DNA from: Chloroflexota bacterium
GTDB lineage: Bacteria; Chloroflexota; Chloroflexia; Chloroflexales; Herpetosiphonaceae
DNA: 64,000 nucleotides
NCBI GenBank assembly: GCA_020161265.1
Contig: JAIUOC010000003.1
Location: 171,024-235,023 of the forward strand
Direction: 5' to 3'
Of this stretch, positions 1 through 8,737 are shown piece after piece; the first letter of the stretch is position 1, and each line of letters begins with the position of its first letter. The notes under the pieces are model-generated. The model was not told the DNA's origin. It made no database searches and saw only the letters and a program-made list of their open reading frames with translations. The translations under genes and the position numbers were made by a program.

Positions 1-561
1 TGCCAGCATAATGGCATAGTTGGCCGAAAGCACCGCCGCGCTATGATAAAGCACCTTATGCTCAGCTTGAATTGGGCGAGCAATGCCACCAACTGCTTGA
101 ACTAATTCCGCCAGCACGGTATATGACTGAGTTTCAGCTTCAATTGCCCAAGTAATTGCTTGGGGCAAAGGTGTTGTGCGGCTAGCAAAGGGAGCCAATG
201 GATGGCAACCAGCAACCTGCCAACCACGCTGCTGCAATGGTTGCAAAACGGCGCTAGTCAAGGCTCCTGAACAATGCACCACAATTCCAGCGCTATGGCC
301 GAGTGCATCAGCCAAGGCTTGGGCGGTAGTGGCTAAATGATCATCAGGAATCGTCAGAAAGATCAATTGAGCTTGAGCAAATAATTCGTTGGGTACGAGC
401 ACGGGGCATGCAAGGCTTTGGGCTAACGCCTGAGCCGAAGCAGTTGAACGGGAGCTAACGCCGACAATCGAATAATCGGCGCGTTGTAAGGCCAAGGCCA
501 AGGCAGTGCCAACCTTGCCTGCGCCAAAAATGCCGACTGTCGGTCGAGCGGAAAAAGCCAT
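1..561 (-). CDS. Rossmann-fold NAD(P)-binding protein (DUF2520/ProC-like), 5' part; C-terminus lies beyond the window start
   Basis: Reverse translation from CAT at 559-561 gives MAFSARPTVGIFGAGKVGTALALALQRADYSIVGV..., a GxGxxG dinucleotide-binding motif. The frame stays open to position 1. It is absent from the ORF track because it runs off the window edge. Confidence 0.6.
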   Translation of the reverse strand, partial: MAFSARPTVGIFGAGKVGTALALALQRADYSIVGVSSRSTASAQALAQSLACPVLVPNELFAQAQLIFLTIPDDHLATTAQALADALGHSAGIVVHCSGALTSAVLQPLQQRGWQVAGCHPLAPFASRTTPLPQAITWAIEAETQSYTVLAELVQAVGGIARPIQAEHKVLYHSAAVLSANYAIMLA

Positions 562-841
562 AAAAAAACCTCCGCAACGCCGAATCGCGTCAGCCGAGGA
601 CAACTAAGCACATCACTGTGTACTTACCATCTCGGTCGGGTGCGATCCAAGTGGTGTTTGAAACCAGAAAAACCATCGTTGCTTCCCGCCAAATTGGTCG
701 AGAGCATGATCATTGTAGCACGTTCTGCCAAATGTCAATTAGCGAAGAAGCCACAAGCCGCAATTGTGGCTTTGTCGTTTGTATTAGAACATTGGTTTCT
801 GATGCAGCCACCGATGGCTGTCTATCAAAAATTGTACTTTA

Positions 842-910
842 GGGGGTGCAGGGGGATGAAAACACCCTGCGTTCCCCGCCTTGAGGCGGGGCGGAGGGGT
901 GGTGATCAAT
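842..910. repeat. Twin-hairpin REP-like intergenic element, copy 1 (gcaggggg..ccctgc and cccgcc-ttga-ggcggg)
   Basis: The sequence is gggggtgcagggggatgaaaacaccctgcgttccccgccttgaggcggggcggaggggtggtgatcaa, near-identical to 46528-46596. It contains two adjacent stem-loops. It lies 3' of minus-strand gene 971-1669, in a terminator-like position. Confidence 0.7.
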
Positions 911-970
911 TAAAATCCCAGCATTGTTTGCCCTCCTACCTAGTAGCTAGATCATTAAAATCCTTGTTTG

Positions 971-1669
971 CTAGAGCAACCAAGCCATGCTATAGACAAT
1001 TAGGGCTTGAGCTGGGCCATAGGTAAACCAAACCACATCGCCAATCCCGTGCCAACGGGCATCATTAAACAACTGGGTTGCCAAAATTAAATCGCTGAGC
1101 AAAAATAAGGCTGCGCCAATCGCAAACGTCAACATTGGCAGTTGCTCCAAGGCTACACCAGTTGCAATGCCTGTCGTGCTCGCCAGCAACAACGCATAGG
1201 GCAAGGCCACTTGATGTAAACGACTGCGCGAGCTATCGTGCCAAACTACCACAAACCAGCCAAGCGCCCCCACGATCAGCCAAACCAACCAGCTCAGCAC
1301 ATTGAAGCTTTCGATGCGTAGGCCAGCCCAAATATAGGCTACATGGCCCAACCCAAAGGCACTCATGCCACCCAAGACATAATTTTTAAGCGGAAAGACT
1401 TGGGCCATACATAAATCGCCCACAAAGCCCAAGCTCATGCCCAGCGCGAGTAACAAGGCCGTCAGATTATGCTGCGCATGCAGTTGCCACCACCAACTCC
1501 AGGCTGCTACCACCAAAATTGCCGACGACCCCAAACGACCCCACAGCGTCATGCGGCGCGTGCCCTCAGCATTCGACTTGCCGAGCACAAATCCAGCAAG
1601 CAACACCAGTGCCCACGCGACCAATAACCCACCCAACCAAAGCTGCATCATTGCAGAGAGTGCGTCCAT
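971..1669 (-). CDS. YhhN-family (lysoplasmalogenase-like) polytopic membrane protein
   Basis: The protein is about 230 aa with 7-8 hydrophobic helices. The start was chosen at the internal Met (MDALSAMMQ...) because AGGAG lies 5 nt upstream. The longer ORF to 1708 lacks an RBS and would overlap the divergent gene. Confidence 0.5.
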   Translation of the reverse strand: MDALSAMMQLWLGGLLVAWALVLLAGFVLGKSNAEGTRRMTLWGRLGSSAILVVAAWSWWWQLHAQHNLTALLLALGMSLGFVGDLCMAQVFPLKNYVLGGMSAFGLGHVAYIWAGLRIESFNVLSWLVWLIVGALGWFVVVWHDSSRSRLHQVALPYALLLASTTGIATGVALEQLPMLTFAIGAALFLLSDLILATQLFNDARWHGIGDVVWFTYGPAQALIVYSMAWLL

Positions 1670-1785
1670 ACTGGCTCCTATAGTGGCTGCAAAATGTGAG
1701 TTTTGCACCCTTGTCGGGTCTTTTATGGCCTATTATACTAATTGCTGCGCTATCTGCGTATATTGCACGACCAAAGGAGGTCCGC

Positions 1786-2553
1786 ATGAGTAATTTGATT
1801 GTGCTTGGCTCTGGCACGGCACTTCCCGATGCTGAGCGTGAAAATAGTGGCTATGTTTGGCAAAGCGCGGCTGGCTTAGTGTTGCTCGATTGTGGCGGTA
1901 GCCCGTATCGCCGGATGCTCAAATATGGGCTTGATCCACGTCAACTCCGCGCAATCTTCATCTCGCACAATCACCCCGACCACTTGATGGGCTTGCCCAG
2001 TTTGTTGCTGCATTTGTGGCTGGCGCAACACAACAGTGAATTGCTCGTGTTTGGTAATTCGCGCACGATTGCTACAGCTGAGGCGGTTGTGCAAGCCGCC
2101 GATTTAGGCATTCATGCAATTAAGCCTCAATTTCAAACCCTCGATGATGCTGGTGGCAAGGTTGAATTACCGTTCGATCTCGGTGCGACACTCACTACAG
2201 CCCCAACCTACCATAGCCGCCCGACCCTCGCCTTGCGGATCGATCAATCAGGCCAAAGCAGTTTGGTTTATGGCGCTGATAGTGGGCCATGCACGGCACT
2301 GGTTGAATTAAGCGATCATGCGCATACCTTAATTCATGAATGTACTGTTTCAACGCCCTTCGATACCCACTCAACGCCTGAGCAAGCCGCTACCACCGCC
2401 CAAAATGCTGGGGTGCAACGCCTGATTCTGACCCACTACAGCCCGATCAATACCGCCCCCGAAGCTGAGGTGCTGGCACGAGTTGCCACAATTTTTAAGG
2501 GCGAAGTTTTGATCGCCTACGATGGTGCAGTTTTTGCATTGGATGCGGGCTAA
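1786..2553 (+). CDS. MBL-fold metallo-hydrolase, RNase Z/RNase BN-like
   Basis: HNHPDH (HxHxDH) motif in ISHNHPDHLMGL. Strong RBS aaaggagg precedes the ATG at 1786 (MSNLIVLGSG...). Confidence 0.75.
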   Translation: MSNLIVLGSGTALPDAERENSGYVWQSAAGLVLLDCGGSPYRRMLKYGLDPRQLRAIFISHNHPDHLMGLPSLLLHLWLAQHNSELLVFGNSRTIATAEAVVQAADLGIHAIKPQFQTLDDAGGKVELPFDLGATLTTAPTYHSRPTLALRIDQSGQSSLVYGADSGPCTALVELSDHAHTLIHECTVSTPFDTHSTPEQAATTAQNAGVQRLILTHYSPINTAPEAEVLARVATIFKGEVLIAYDGAVFALDAG

Positions 2554-2622
2554 GCATGCTAAGATAGCGTTGTGGTTACGGCCACCTCTTTTTGTGTCAA
2601 TTCCCAATAAGGAGCTACGCCA

Positions 2623-2979
2623 ATGGTTGTGCGCTTAGTTCGGTTAAAATTTGCACCCGAACATGTAGCAGAATTTCTCGCATTTTATGCTGAATGTGAG
2701 CCAACAATTCGCCATCAAGAAGGCTGTTTGGCCTTATCGCTTTTACGTGAAACTGGCGACCCAACCGCCTTTGCAACCTGGAGTACTTGGGAATCAGGCC
2801 GTGATTTGCAACGCTATCGCCGCTCGGAGTTTTTCCGTGGTTTTTGGCCACGGGTCAAATCGCTGTTGCGTGAGCCTGCCGATGCAGTTTCCTACGATGC
2901 CTTAACTGGCGATGCTATTCCCGATTTTCATCCGCAGCCAACACATGGTGCTCAGTTAACGCCGCTTGAAGTTGAGTGA
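2623..2979 (+). CDS. Antibiotic-biosynthesis-monooxygenase (ABM) domain protein
   Basis: 118 aa, MVVRLVRLKF..WSTWESGRDLQRY.., a ferredoxin-like ABM pattern. RBS aaggag lies upstream. Confidence 0.55.
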   Translation: MVVRLVRLKFAPEHVAEFLAFYAECEPTIRHQEGCLALSLLRETGDPTAFATWSTWESGRDLQRYRRSEFFRGFWPRVKSLLREPADAVSYDALTGDAIPDFHPQPTHGAQLTPLEVE

Positions 2980-3730
2980 TCAAACGCTCACGCACTGCCG
3001 GAGCCATACTGTAACGCGCCTTAACTTTTAATGTAATCGTGGTCGTGACTGCACCAATTTCGCCATCTTCGCTGATGATTTCGGGTGTTTCAATCACATC
3101 ATCACCTGGATCGCTGATAATTTGGTGTAGCACGATCATGGTTTCATCAAGTTTGGTGGTTGGCACGGTCAATTTGATGCTGGCTGGCGACCATTTGCCA
3201 CGGGTAAAATTGCGAATGGTGCGAATATCGCCATTGGGCACCAGCCACAGTTCGCCCGACTCGCCGCGAATATAGGTCATGCGCAAACTAATTCGTTCAA
3301 CACACCCCACCACTTGGCGATCGCCAATCTCCACTTTATCGCCCAAGGCAAATTGATCTTCAAACAGCAGCGTAATTCCGCCCAGAAAATCGCTGACATA
3401 AGGCCGCGCACTAAACCCCAAGCCCGCACTAAACAAGCCCAAAAAGGTAAATAAGGCACTTGGCTGAATAAACATGCCCATAATCAAAAACAGCGAGATC
3501 AAAATCGCCAAGCCATTGGTCAGCGACGAAACCAAGGAGCGCAAAGTTTTACGGCGGCGTTCGCTGAGGTTATGGCGGAGCAATTGGGCATTCGAAAGAA
3601 AGGCCCGTCGAATGATAATGCTAATCGCGCGGGCGGCGACTGCCACTAGCAAAAATGTCAGTGTGCCCCGCAAGATATAGTAAGAAATGCTATTGACAGG
3701 TGGTAAATATGGTTGAATCCAATCGAGCAT
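2915..3730 (-). CDS. Small-conductance mechanosensitive channel (MscS family)
   Basis: Three N-terminal TM helices, then the MscS beta-domain pattern (FxxGDxVxIGDxxGxVExIxLRxTxIR..G). The 3' end overlaps the convergent ABM gene by 65 bp. Confidence 0.7.
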   Translation of the reverse strand: MLDWIQPYLPPVNSISYYILRGTLTFLLVAVAARAISIIIRRAFLSNAQLLRHNLSERRRKTLRSLVSSLTNGLAILISLFLIMGMFIQPSALFTFLGLFSAGLGFSARPYVSDFLGGITLLFEDQFALGDKVEIGDRQVVGCVERISLRMTYIRGESGELWLVPNGDIRTIRNFTRGKWSPASIKLTVPTTKLDETMIVLHQIISDPGDDVIETPEIISEDGEIGAVTTTITLKVKARYSMAPAVRERLITQLQAALTEHHVLAADENRE

Positions 3731-3796
3731 AGAGTTCCTCTGCTAGCTGTTTTTCGCCAAACGCTGCGGCAATTCGCATGCCACAGAGTAGCATAG

Positions 3797-3851
3797 GAAA
3801 GGCAAAAGGCAGAAAGTAAAAGGCAAAAGGCAAAAGGCAAAAGGCAAAAGA
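3797..3851. repeat. Tandem hexamer repeat (aaaggc/aaaggca) x about 8
   Basis: Sequence aaaggcaaaaggcagaaagtaaaaggcaaaaggcaaaaggcaaaaggcaaaag. It generates spurious minus-strand ORFs 3658-4083 and 3690-4001. Confidence 0.8.
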
Positions 3852-3905
3852 AGGGCCAGCCAATGCTGAGGGAAGGTAGTATACACATTGGGGACGAGAA
3901 GCATA

Positions 3906-3996
3906 ATTCGTGCAATCCGTGCAATTCGTGGCTAAAATAATAATCCTTCGCGATCTTCGCGTTCTGCGTGGTTTCAATCCTTCGTGCGCTTCGTGG
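3906..3996. repeat. Clusters of 9-10 bp-periodic (c)ttcgtg/cttcgcg boxes (mosaic repeat module)
   Basis: attcgtgcaatccgtgcaattcgtgg at 3906-3932 and ccttcgcgatcttcgcgttctgcgtggtttcaatccttcgtgcgcttcgtgg at 3946-3996. The second is near-identical to the reverse complement of 31134-31190. Confidence 0.75.
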
Positions 3997-4039
3997 ATCA
4001 CAATGCAAACTTGCTTTTTTATAACGCTTCAAATATACT

Positions 4040-4057
4040 TCAAAATAATTTGAAGCA
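4040..4057. promoter_or_regulatory. Perfect palindrome cttcaaa-N4-tttgaag, putative ArsR operator
   Basis: Sequence cttcaaaataatttgaag lies 20 bp upstream of the ArsR-ArsC start codon. ArsR/SmtB repressors bind dyads overlapping their own promoters. Confidence 0.45.
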
Positions 4058-4077
4058 TTTTGATTTGGAGTATTGTT

Positions 4078-4851
4078 ATGCAAAGCCTTGGGCTTGAACC
4101 ACCTGCTGTGCTCAAATTGCTAGCGCACGATCTGCGTTGGCGTTTGTTACAACTTTTAGTCCATAGCGATTATCGGGTACATGAATGTGTGACGGCCTTG
4201 CAAGCGCCGATGAATGTGGTTTCCTATCATTTGCGACTACTCCGTGAAGCAGCCTTGGTGATCGAACGGCGTAGCGAAGCCGATGGTCGTGATGTCTATT
4301 ACCATCTCGATTTGCCTACCTTGCAAACGGCCTATCAAGCGAGTGCTCAAGCGCTCCACCCTGATCTTGATCCATTTGCTGGTAAATCAACTAGCCAAGC
4401 CTATCAACTTAGCAAACCAGTGCGGATTTTGTATTTGTGTACCCACAACAGTGCTCGCTCGCAATTAGCCGAGGCAATTACCCGCCATCTTGGCGGCTCC
4501 ATGCTCGATGTTGTGAGCGCCGGAACCCAACCTGCTGAGGTGCATCCTTTGGTTTTGGCAACCTTGGCCGAAAAAAAGATTGCCAGTGCTGGCCTGTATT
4601 CCAAGGAACTCCAGCCCTACCTTGAGCAAGATTTCGATTATGTGATTACGGTCTGCGATCGTGCGCGTGAACAATGCCCAACGCTGGCTGGACATCCCAC
4701 CAGCATGCACTGGAGTTTTGCCGACCCGTTGCGTGAAACCAGCGAGCTGGCTCAAGCCGCCGCAATTGAAACCACCGCCCAGCAACTGATGACCCGTATT
4801 CGTTTTTTGCTGACCACAATCGAACGTCAACAACGCGAAGGGAGCAAATAA
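4078..4851 (+). CDS. ArsR-family HTH regulator fused to LMW-PTP-type (thioredoxin-coupled) arsenate reductase ArsC
   Basis: N-terminal ArsR/SmtB wHTH ([34 protein letters not shown]). C-terminal [16 protein letters not shown]5R P-loop plus [10 protein letters not shown], with Cys spacing i/i+7 as in B. subtilis ArsC. GGAG RBS lies 8 nt upstream of ATG 4078. The stop overlaps the next start (TAATG). Confidence 0.75.
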   Translation: MQSLGLEPPAVLKLLAHDLRWRLLQLLVHSDYRVHECVTALQAPMNVVSYHLRLLREAALVIERRSEADGRDVYYHLDLPTLQTAYQASAQALHPDLDPFAGKSTSQAYQLSKPVRILYLCTHNSARSQLAEAITRHLGGSMLDVVSAGTQPAEVHPLVLATLAEKKIASAGLYSKELQPYLEQDFDYVITVCDRAREQCPTLAGHPTSMHWSFADPLRETSELAQAAAIETTAQQLMTRIRFLLTTIERQQREGSK

Positions 4852-5864
4852 TGGCCTTACGAATCGGTATTAATGGCTTTGGGCGCATGGGGCGGCTCGC
4901 ATTACGGGCTGGTTGGAATCGCCCAGGATTTGAATGGGTACATATCAACGAACTTAAGGGCGATGCTGCAACCGCTGCCCATTTGCTGGCTTTTGATTCA
5001 GTTCATGGCCGCTGGAGCCAAGCTGTGCAGGCCGAAGCCCAAGCCCTGATCATCGATCAACAACGCCTGAGTTATAGTAATCATGCGGCAATTGAAGCAA
5101 CCGATTGGGCTAGCCATGAGGTTGATCTGGTGCTGGAATGCTCAGGCAAATTTCGTAGCCCCGAACAACTAGCAGGCTATTTTGCGGCTGGAGTCAAAAC
5201 TGTGATCGTTGCAGCGCCCGTAAAACAGGGTGCACTCAACATTGTGATGGGCGTTAATGATCAGCTTTATGATCCGCAGCAGCATCGTTTATTAACTGCC
5301 GCCTCGTGCACCACCAATTGTTTAGCGCCAATTGTCAAAGTTGTGCATGAACAGTTTGGCATTAAGCATGGCATGATCACCACAATTCACGACATGACCA
5401 ACACCCAAAATTTGATCGATGCGCCGCACAAAGATTTACGCCGCGCCCGCGCCGCCAGCCAATCGCTGATTCCTACCAGCACAGGCTCAGCCAGCGCAAT
5501 TGGCATGATCTTTCCAGAATTGGCGGGTCGTTTGGATGGCGTGGCGATTCGCGTACCTTTGTTGAATGCCTCGCTGACCGATTGTGTCTTTGAATTGACC
5601 CGACCAACCACGAGCAAAGAGGTTAATCGGGCTTTGGCTGAGGCCAGTCGTGGAGTGCTCAAAGGCATTTTGGGCTATGAAGAACGCCCCTTAGTTTCAG
5701 TTGATTACAAGGGCGATCCACGTTCGGCGATTATTGATGCAGCGCTCACGACGGTTACCAACCAAACCCAATTGAAAATTATGGCTTGGTACGATAACGA
5801 AATTGGCTATGTGAATCGAATGTTGGAGCTAGCCGCTAAGGTCGCCCAACTTCAGGCGGGCTAG
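4851..5864 (+). CDS. gap: Glyceraldehyde-3-phosphate dehydrogenase (type I), ars-associated
   Basis: [12 protein letters not shown]-binding N-terminus and the catalytic [10 protein letters not shown] motif. Translationally coupled to the preceding arsRC gene. Confidence 0.85.
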   Translation: MALRIGINGFGRMGRLALRAGWNRPGFEWVHINELKGDAATAAHLLAFDSVHGRWSQAVQAEAQALIIDQQRLSYSNHAAIEATDWASHEVDLVLECSGKFRSPEQLAGYFAAGVKTVIVAAPVKQGALNIVMGVNDQLYDPQQHRLLTAASCTTNCLAPIVKVVHEQFGIKHGMITTIHDMTNTQNLIDAPHKDLRRARAASQSLIPTSTGSASAIGMIFPELAGRLDGVAIRVPLLNASLTDCVFELTRPTTSKEVNRALAEASRGVLKGILGYEERPLVSVDYKGDPRSAIIDAALTTVTNQTQLKIMAWYDNEIGYVNRMLELAAKVAQLQAG

Positions 5865-5873
5865 GAGCCAACC

Positions 5874-7109
5874 ATGCAGCAACAATTCAAAGAGTATGCG
5901 ATTGTTACCGCCGCCTATTGGGCGTTTACCTTGACCGACGGCGCGTTGCGCATGTTGGTACTGTTTCATTTTCATCAACTTGGCTATAGTGCCTTGGCGG
6001 TGGCGGCGCTCTTTATTTTCTATGAAGTATTTGGGGTGATTACCAATTTGTTTGGTGGCTGGCTGGGCGCACGCTTTGGCCTGAATCGCACCTTACATGC
6101 TGGCTTGGTGTTACAAGTTATCGCTTTGGGCATGATGGTTGTGCCCAGTGCTTGGCTCAGCGTGCCATATGTGATGTTGGCACAAGCTGGCTCAGGTATC
6201 GCCAAAGATCTGACCAAAATGAGCGCCAAGAGCAGCATCAAAATGTTGGTGGCTCAAGATGCTCAATCAACCTTATTCAAATGGGTAGCCATTTTGACTG
6301 GCTCGAAAAATGCGCTCAAAGGCGTGGGCTTTTTCTTGGGCAGCCTATTGCTGAGCACAATTGGCTTTCGCAGTGCCTTCGCCGCGCTTGCGAGTTTGAT
6401 TGCCGTGGCAGCCATTGGCACCTGGATCTTTTTGCAACACGATTTGGGGCGTAGCAAAGCCAAGCCGAAGTGGCAGCAACTCTTTGCCAAAAGCCGCGCG
6501 ATCAATCTGCTTTCGGCGGCCCGCTGTTTTTTATTTGCAGCGCGGGATGTTTGGTTTGTGGTTGGCTTGCCAGTTTTTCTGAGTGAAGTGCTTGGTTGGT
6601 CGTTTTGGCAGGCTGGCGGTTATTTGGCCTTATGGGTGATTGGCTATGGCCTGATTCAAGCGCTTGCGCCACAGATAACCCGCCGCTGGCAAACCACGCC
6701 CAACGGCTGGGCGGCAACAATTTTGGCTGGCTTGTTGATGCTGATTATGGCCGCGATTGCCAGTGTTGTACAAATCAACCAACAATCGGCAGTTGTGGTT
6801 GTGGTCGGCTTAATTGGCTTTGGCTTTATTTTTGCACTGAATTCGGCGGTCCATTCCTACCTGATTTTAGCCTACACCGACCAAGCCGATGTGGCTTTGA
6901 ATGTGGGGTTTTACTATATGGCCAACGCCTTGGGCCGCCTGCTTGGCACAATTCTCTCAGGGCTGCTGTATCAAAGCTATGGGTTGGCGGGCTGTTTATG
7001 GGCAGCGGCCTTACTGAGCGCAATCACAGCCGTTATCTCGTTGAGCTTGCCGCGTGTGCCAAACCAACCATCGTTGGGCGAACAGCAGGCCAAAGCTAGC
7101 TCGATCTGA
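5874..7109 (+). CDS. arsJ: MFS permease ArsJ (organoarsenical 1-arseno-3-phosphoglycerate efflux)
   Basis: 411-aa 12-TM MFS protein 10 bp downstream of the ars-linked GAPDH. The gapdh-arsJ pair is the established signature of this pathway. Not checkable beyond context. Confidence 0.65.
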   Translation: MQQQFKEYAIVTAAYWAFTLTDGALRMLVLFHFHQLGYSALAVAALFIFYEVFGVITNLFGGWLGARFGLNRTLHAGLVLQVIALGMMVVPSAWLSVPYVMLAQAGSGIAKDLTKMSAKSSIKMLVAQDAQSTLFKWVAILTGSKNALKGVGFFLGSLLLSTIGFRSAFAALASLIAVAAIGTWIFLQHDLGRSKAKPKWQQLFAKSRAINLLSAARCFLFAARDVWFVVGLPVFLSEVLGWSFWQAGGYLALWVIGYGLIQALAPQITRRWQTTPNGWAATILAGLLMLIMAAIASVVQINQQSAVVVVVGLIGFGFIFALNSAVHSYLILAYTDQADVALNVGFYYMANALGRLLGTILSGLLYQSYGLAGCLWAAALLSAITAVISLSLPRVPNQPSLGEQQAKASSI

Positions 7110-7132
7110 GCAGAATGGAACCAAATTGCTAC

Positions 7133-7160
7133 TTGTAAGTTGGCCTGAATCTACTACAAT
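7133..7160 (+). promoter_or_regulatory. Sigma70-like promoter candidate (TTGTAA-N16-TACAAT)
   Basis: ttgtaa at 7133-7138, a 16-nt spacer, tacaat at 7155-7160. About 55 bp upstream of the 7215 gene. Confidence 0.3.
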
Positions 7161-7177
7161 AGAGCTAAGCAAGCGAT

Positions 7178-7193
7178 CGTGGTAGATACCACG
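7178..7193. promoter_or_regulatory. Perfect palindrome cgtggta-ga-taccacg in a 5'UTR (operator-like)
   Basis: The 7-2-7 dyad lies between the candidate -10 and the GGAGGA RBS of the 7215 gene. Confidence 0.3.
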
Positions 7194-7214
7194 TGGCATT
7201 TCGGAGGAAACCCC

Positions 7215-7454
7215 ATGACTGATAATGAACCAGGGTTTTTCGAAAATTTGGTTGATAAAGCCAAGGATGTCGCCGAGTCGGTTGGTGAATTTATCGGCGA
7301 TGCCGCTGAAAAAGCGGGCGATCTAGCCGAACAAGCTGCCGAAAAAATTAGTGATGTTGCCGAAGTCGTCGGCGATAAAGCCAGCGATGTGTATGAAGCT
7401 GCCAAAGATAAATTGGGCATCGACGGCGACGAAGCTCCTCCGCCAGCCGCCTAG
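7215..7454 (+). CDS. Small acidic hypothetical protein with A/D/E-rich amphipathic heptad repeats
   Basis: 79 aa, MTDNEPGFFENLVDKAKDVAESVGEFIGDAAEKAGDLAEQAAEKISDVAE... GGAGGA RBS 6 nt upstream. A rho-independent terminator follows. Confidence 0.6.
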   Translation: MTDNEPGFFENLVDKAKDVAESVGEFIGDAAEKAGDLAEQAAEKISDVAEVVGDKASDVYEAAKDKLGIDGDEAPPPAA

Positions 7455-7474
7455 TTGCACGAATTGCTAAAAAT

Positions 7475-7520
7475 CCAACACCCTCAGCATGGTTCGGTGC
7501 TGAGGGTGTTGAATTTTTAG
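7475..7520 (+). terminator. Rho-independent terminator (14-bp perfect stem, then TTTTT)
   Basis: ccaacaccctcagca-tggttcgg-tgctgagggtgttg followed by aatttttag. An A-tract on the other side makes it potentially bidirectional. Confidence 0.75.
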
Positions 7521-7700
7521 GGATCAGTTGTCAGGGGCTAGGGATCAGTTTGGAACTGCAAAGGATATGAGATATTGGGCTATAGGCTGTTGGCTATAGG
7601 GAAAGTATTATGGTATTTCAACGACTCTCCGATAGCCCATCGCCTAAAGCCTATAGCCTCATGCGCTCTGACCCCTGACAACTAGCCCCTGACCCCTACG
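7521..7700. repeat. Mosaic intergenic repeat instance (gtcaggggctagggatca, gctataggc, ccgatagcc and ctgacccctga modules, imperfect terminal inverted repeats)
   Basis: Shares modules with 25905-26117, 28623-28950, 31134-31300, 32766-32896 and 56987-57165. The left arm agttgtcaggggctag is mirrored by cccctgacaactagcccctgac on the right. Confidence 0.7.
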
Positions 7701-7702
7701 GA

Positions 7703-8632
7703 TTATTCAGCATCAAACAATGGCGTGCTCAGGTAGCGTTCGCCGTTGCTTGGCACAATAAAGACAATCGTTTTGCCAGCATTTTCGGGGCGGGCTGCTA
7801 CTTGCAAGGCGGCCCATGCGGCGGCCCCTGAGCTAATTCCCACCATCAAGCCTTCTTCGTGAGCCAATTTGCGTGCCCATTCAAAAGCATGTTCGTTGGT
7901 AACTTGAATAATTTCATCGATTACGCTGGTATCAAGCACATCGGGCACAAAACCAGCGCCGATTCCTTGGATTTTGTGTGGCCCCATTTTGCCCCCAGAA
8001 AGTACTGGCGAGGCAGTTGGCTCGACCGCAATTGCCTTAAAGCCTGGCTTGCGTTCTTTGAGCACCGAGGCAACCCCGGTGATTGTGCCACCAGTGCCAA
8101 CCCCAGCCACCAAAATATCGACAGCACCATCGGTATCGTTCCAAATTTCTTCGGCGGTAGTGCGCTGGTGAATTGCTGGGTTTGCTTTATTTTTGAATTG
8201 TTGGGGAATAAAACTGCCTGGATTTTCGGCGGCCAATTCTTCGGCGCGGCGAATTGCCCCGGGCATGCCTTCGGAGCCTGGCGTTAAAACTAATTCGGCT
8301 CCAAAGCCTTTGAGCAATTTGCGCCGTTCCAAGCTCATGGTTTCAGGCATGGTCAGCACAATGCGGTAGCCTTTCGCGGCAGCCACAAACGCTAGGCCAA
8401 TTCCGGTATTGCCACTGGTTGGCTCGATAATCGTGGTATCGTTTGGATTGATCAGACCGGCGGCCTCCGCTGCCTCGATCATCGCCAAGCCAATCCGATC
8501 TTTGACGCTGCTGGCTGGGTTGAAGAACTCAAGCTTAGCTAATACCGTCGCCCCCGTGGTATTAACCTTGCCCAAGCGCACCAGCGGCGTGTTGCCGATA
8601 AGTTGGGTAATGTTTTCGTAAATCCGCGCCAT
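7703..8632 (-). CDS. cysK: Cysteine synthase A (O-acetylserine sulfhydrylase)
   Basis: PLP-lysine motif [12 protein letters not shown], glycine loops GNTGIGLA and [10 protein letters not shown]. The start [20 protein letters not shown] is at the conserved position with an upstream AAGGA. Confidence 0.9.
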   Translation of the reverse strand: MARIYENITQLIGNTPLVRLGKVNTTGATVLAKLEFFNPASSVKDRIGLAMIEAAEAAGLINPNDTTIIEPTSGNTGIGLAFVAAAKGYRIVLTMPETMSLERRKLLKGFGAELVLTPGSEGMPGAIRRAEELAAENPGSFIPQQFKNKANPAIHQRTTAEEIWNDTDGAVDILVAGVGTGGTITGVASVLKERKPGFKAIAVEPTASPVLSGGKMGPHKIQGIGAGFVPDVLDTSVIDEIIQVTNEHAFEWARKLAHEEGLMVGISSGAAAWAALQVAARPENAGKTIVFIVPSNGERYLSTPLFDAE

Positions 8633-8737
8633 GGTTTGGGTCCTTTTGTTAACTAAGTTAAACGACAAACCTAACAATAATAGCATACCATAGCTTAGGT
8701 TTGTGTCAATGTGGCAAGGCGCACAGAAAGGAGTTGT

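Noticed and set aside
618-1026. Plus-strand ORFs 618-842 and 640-1026
   Set aside because: They have no RBS, overlap the REP-like hairpin element and the 3' region of the minus-strand gene, and show no recognisable domain. They are treated as non-coding.
1696-1785. 5' extension of the MBL hydrolase ORF (start at 1696)
   Set aside because: The strong aaaggagg RBS serves the ATG at 1786, and the extension would overlap the divergent YhhN gene.
3658-4083. Minus-strand ORFs 3658-4083 and 3690-4001
   Set aside because: They are translations of the aaaggc tandem repeat and cttcgtg arrays (LLPFAFCLLP...), which are simple-repeat artefacts in an intergenic region.
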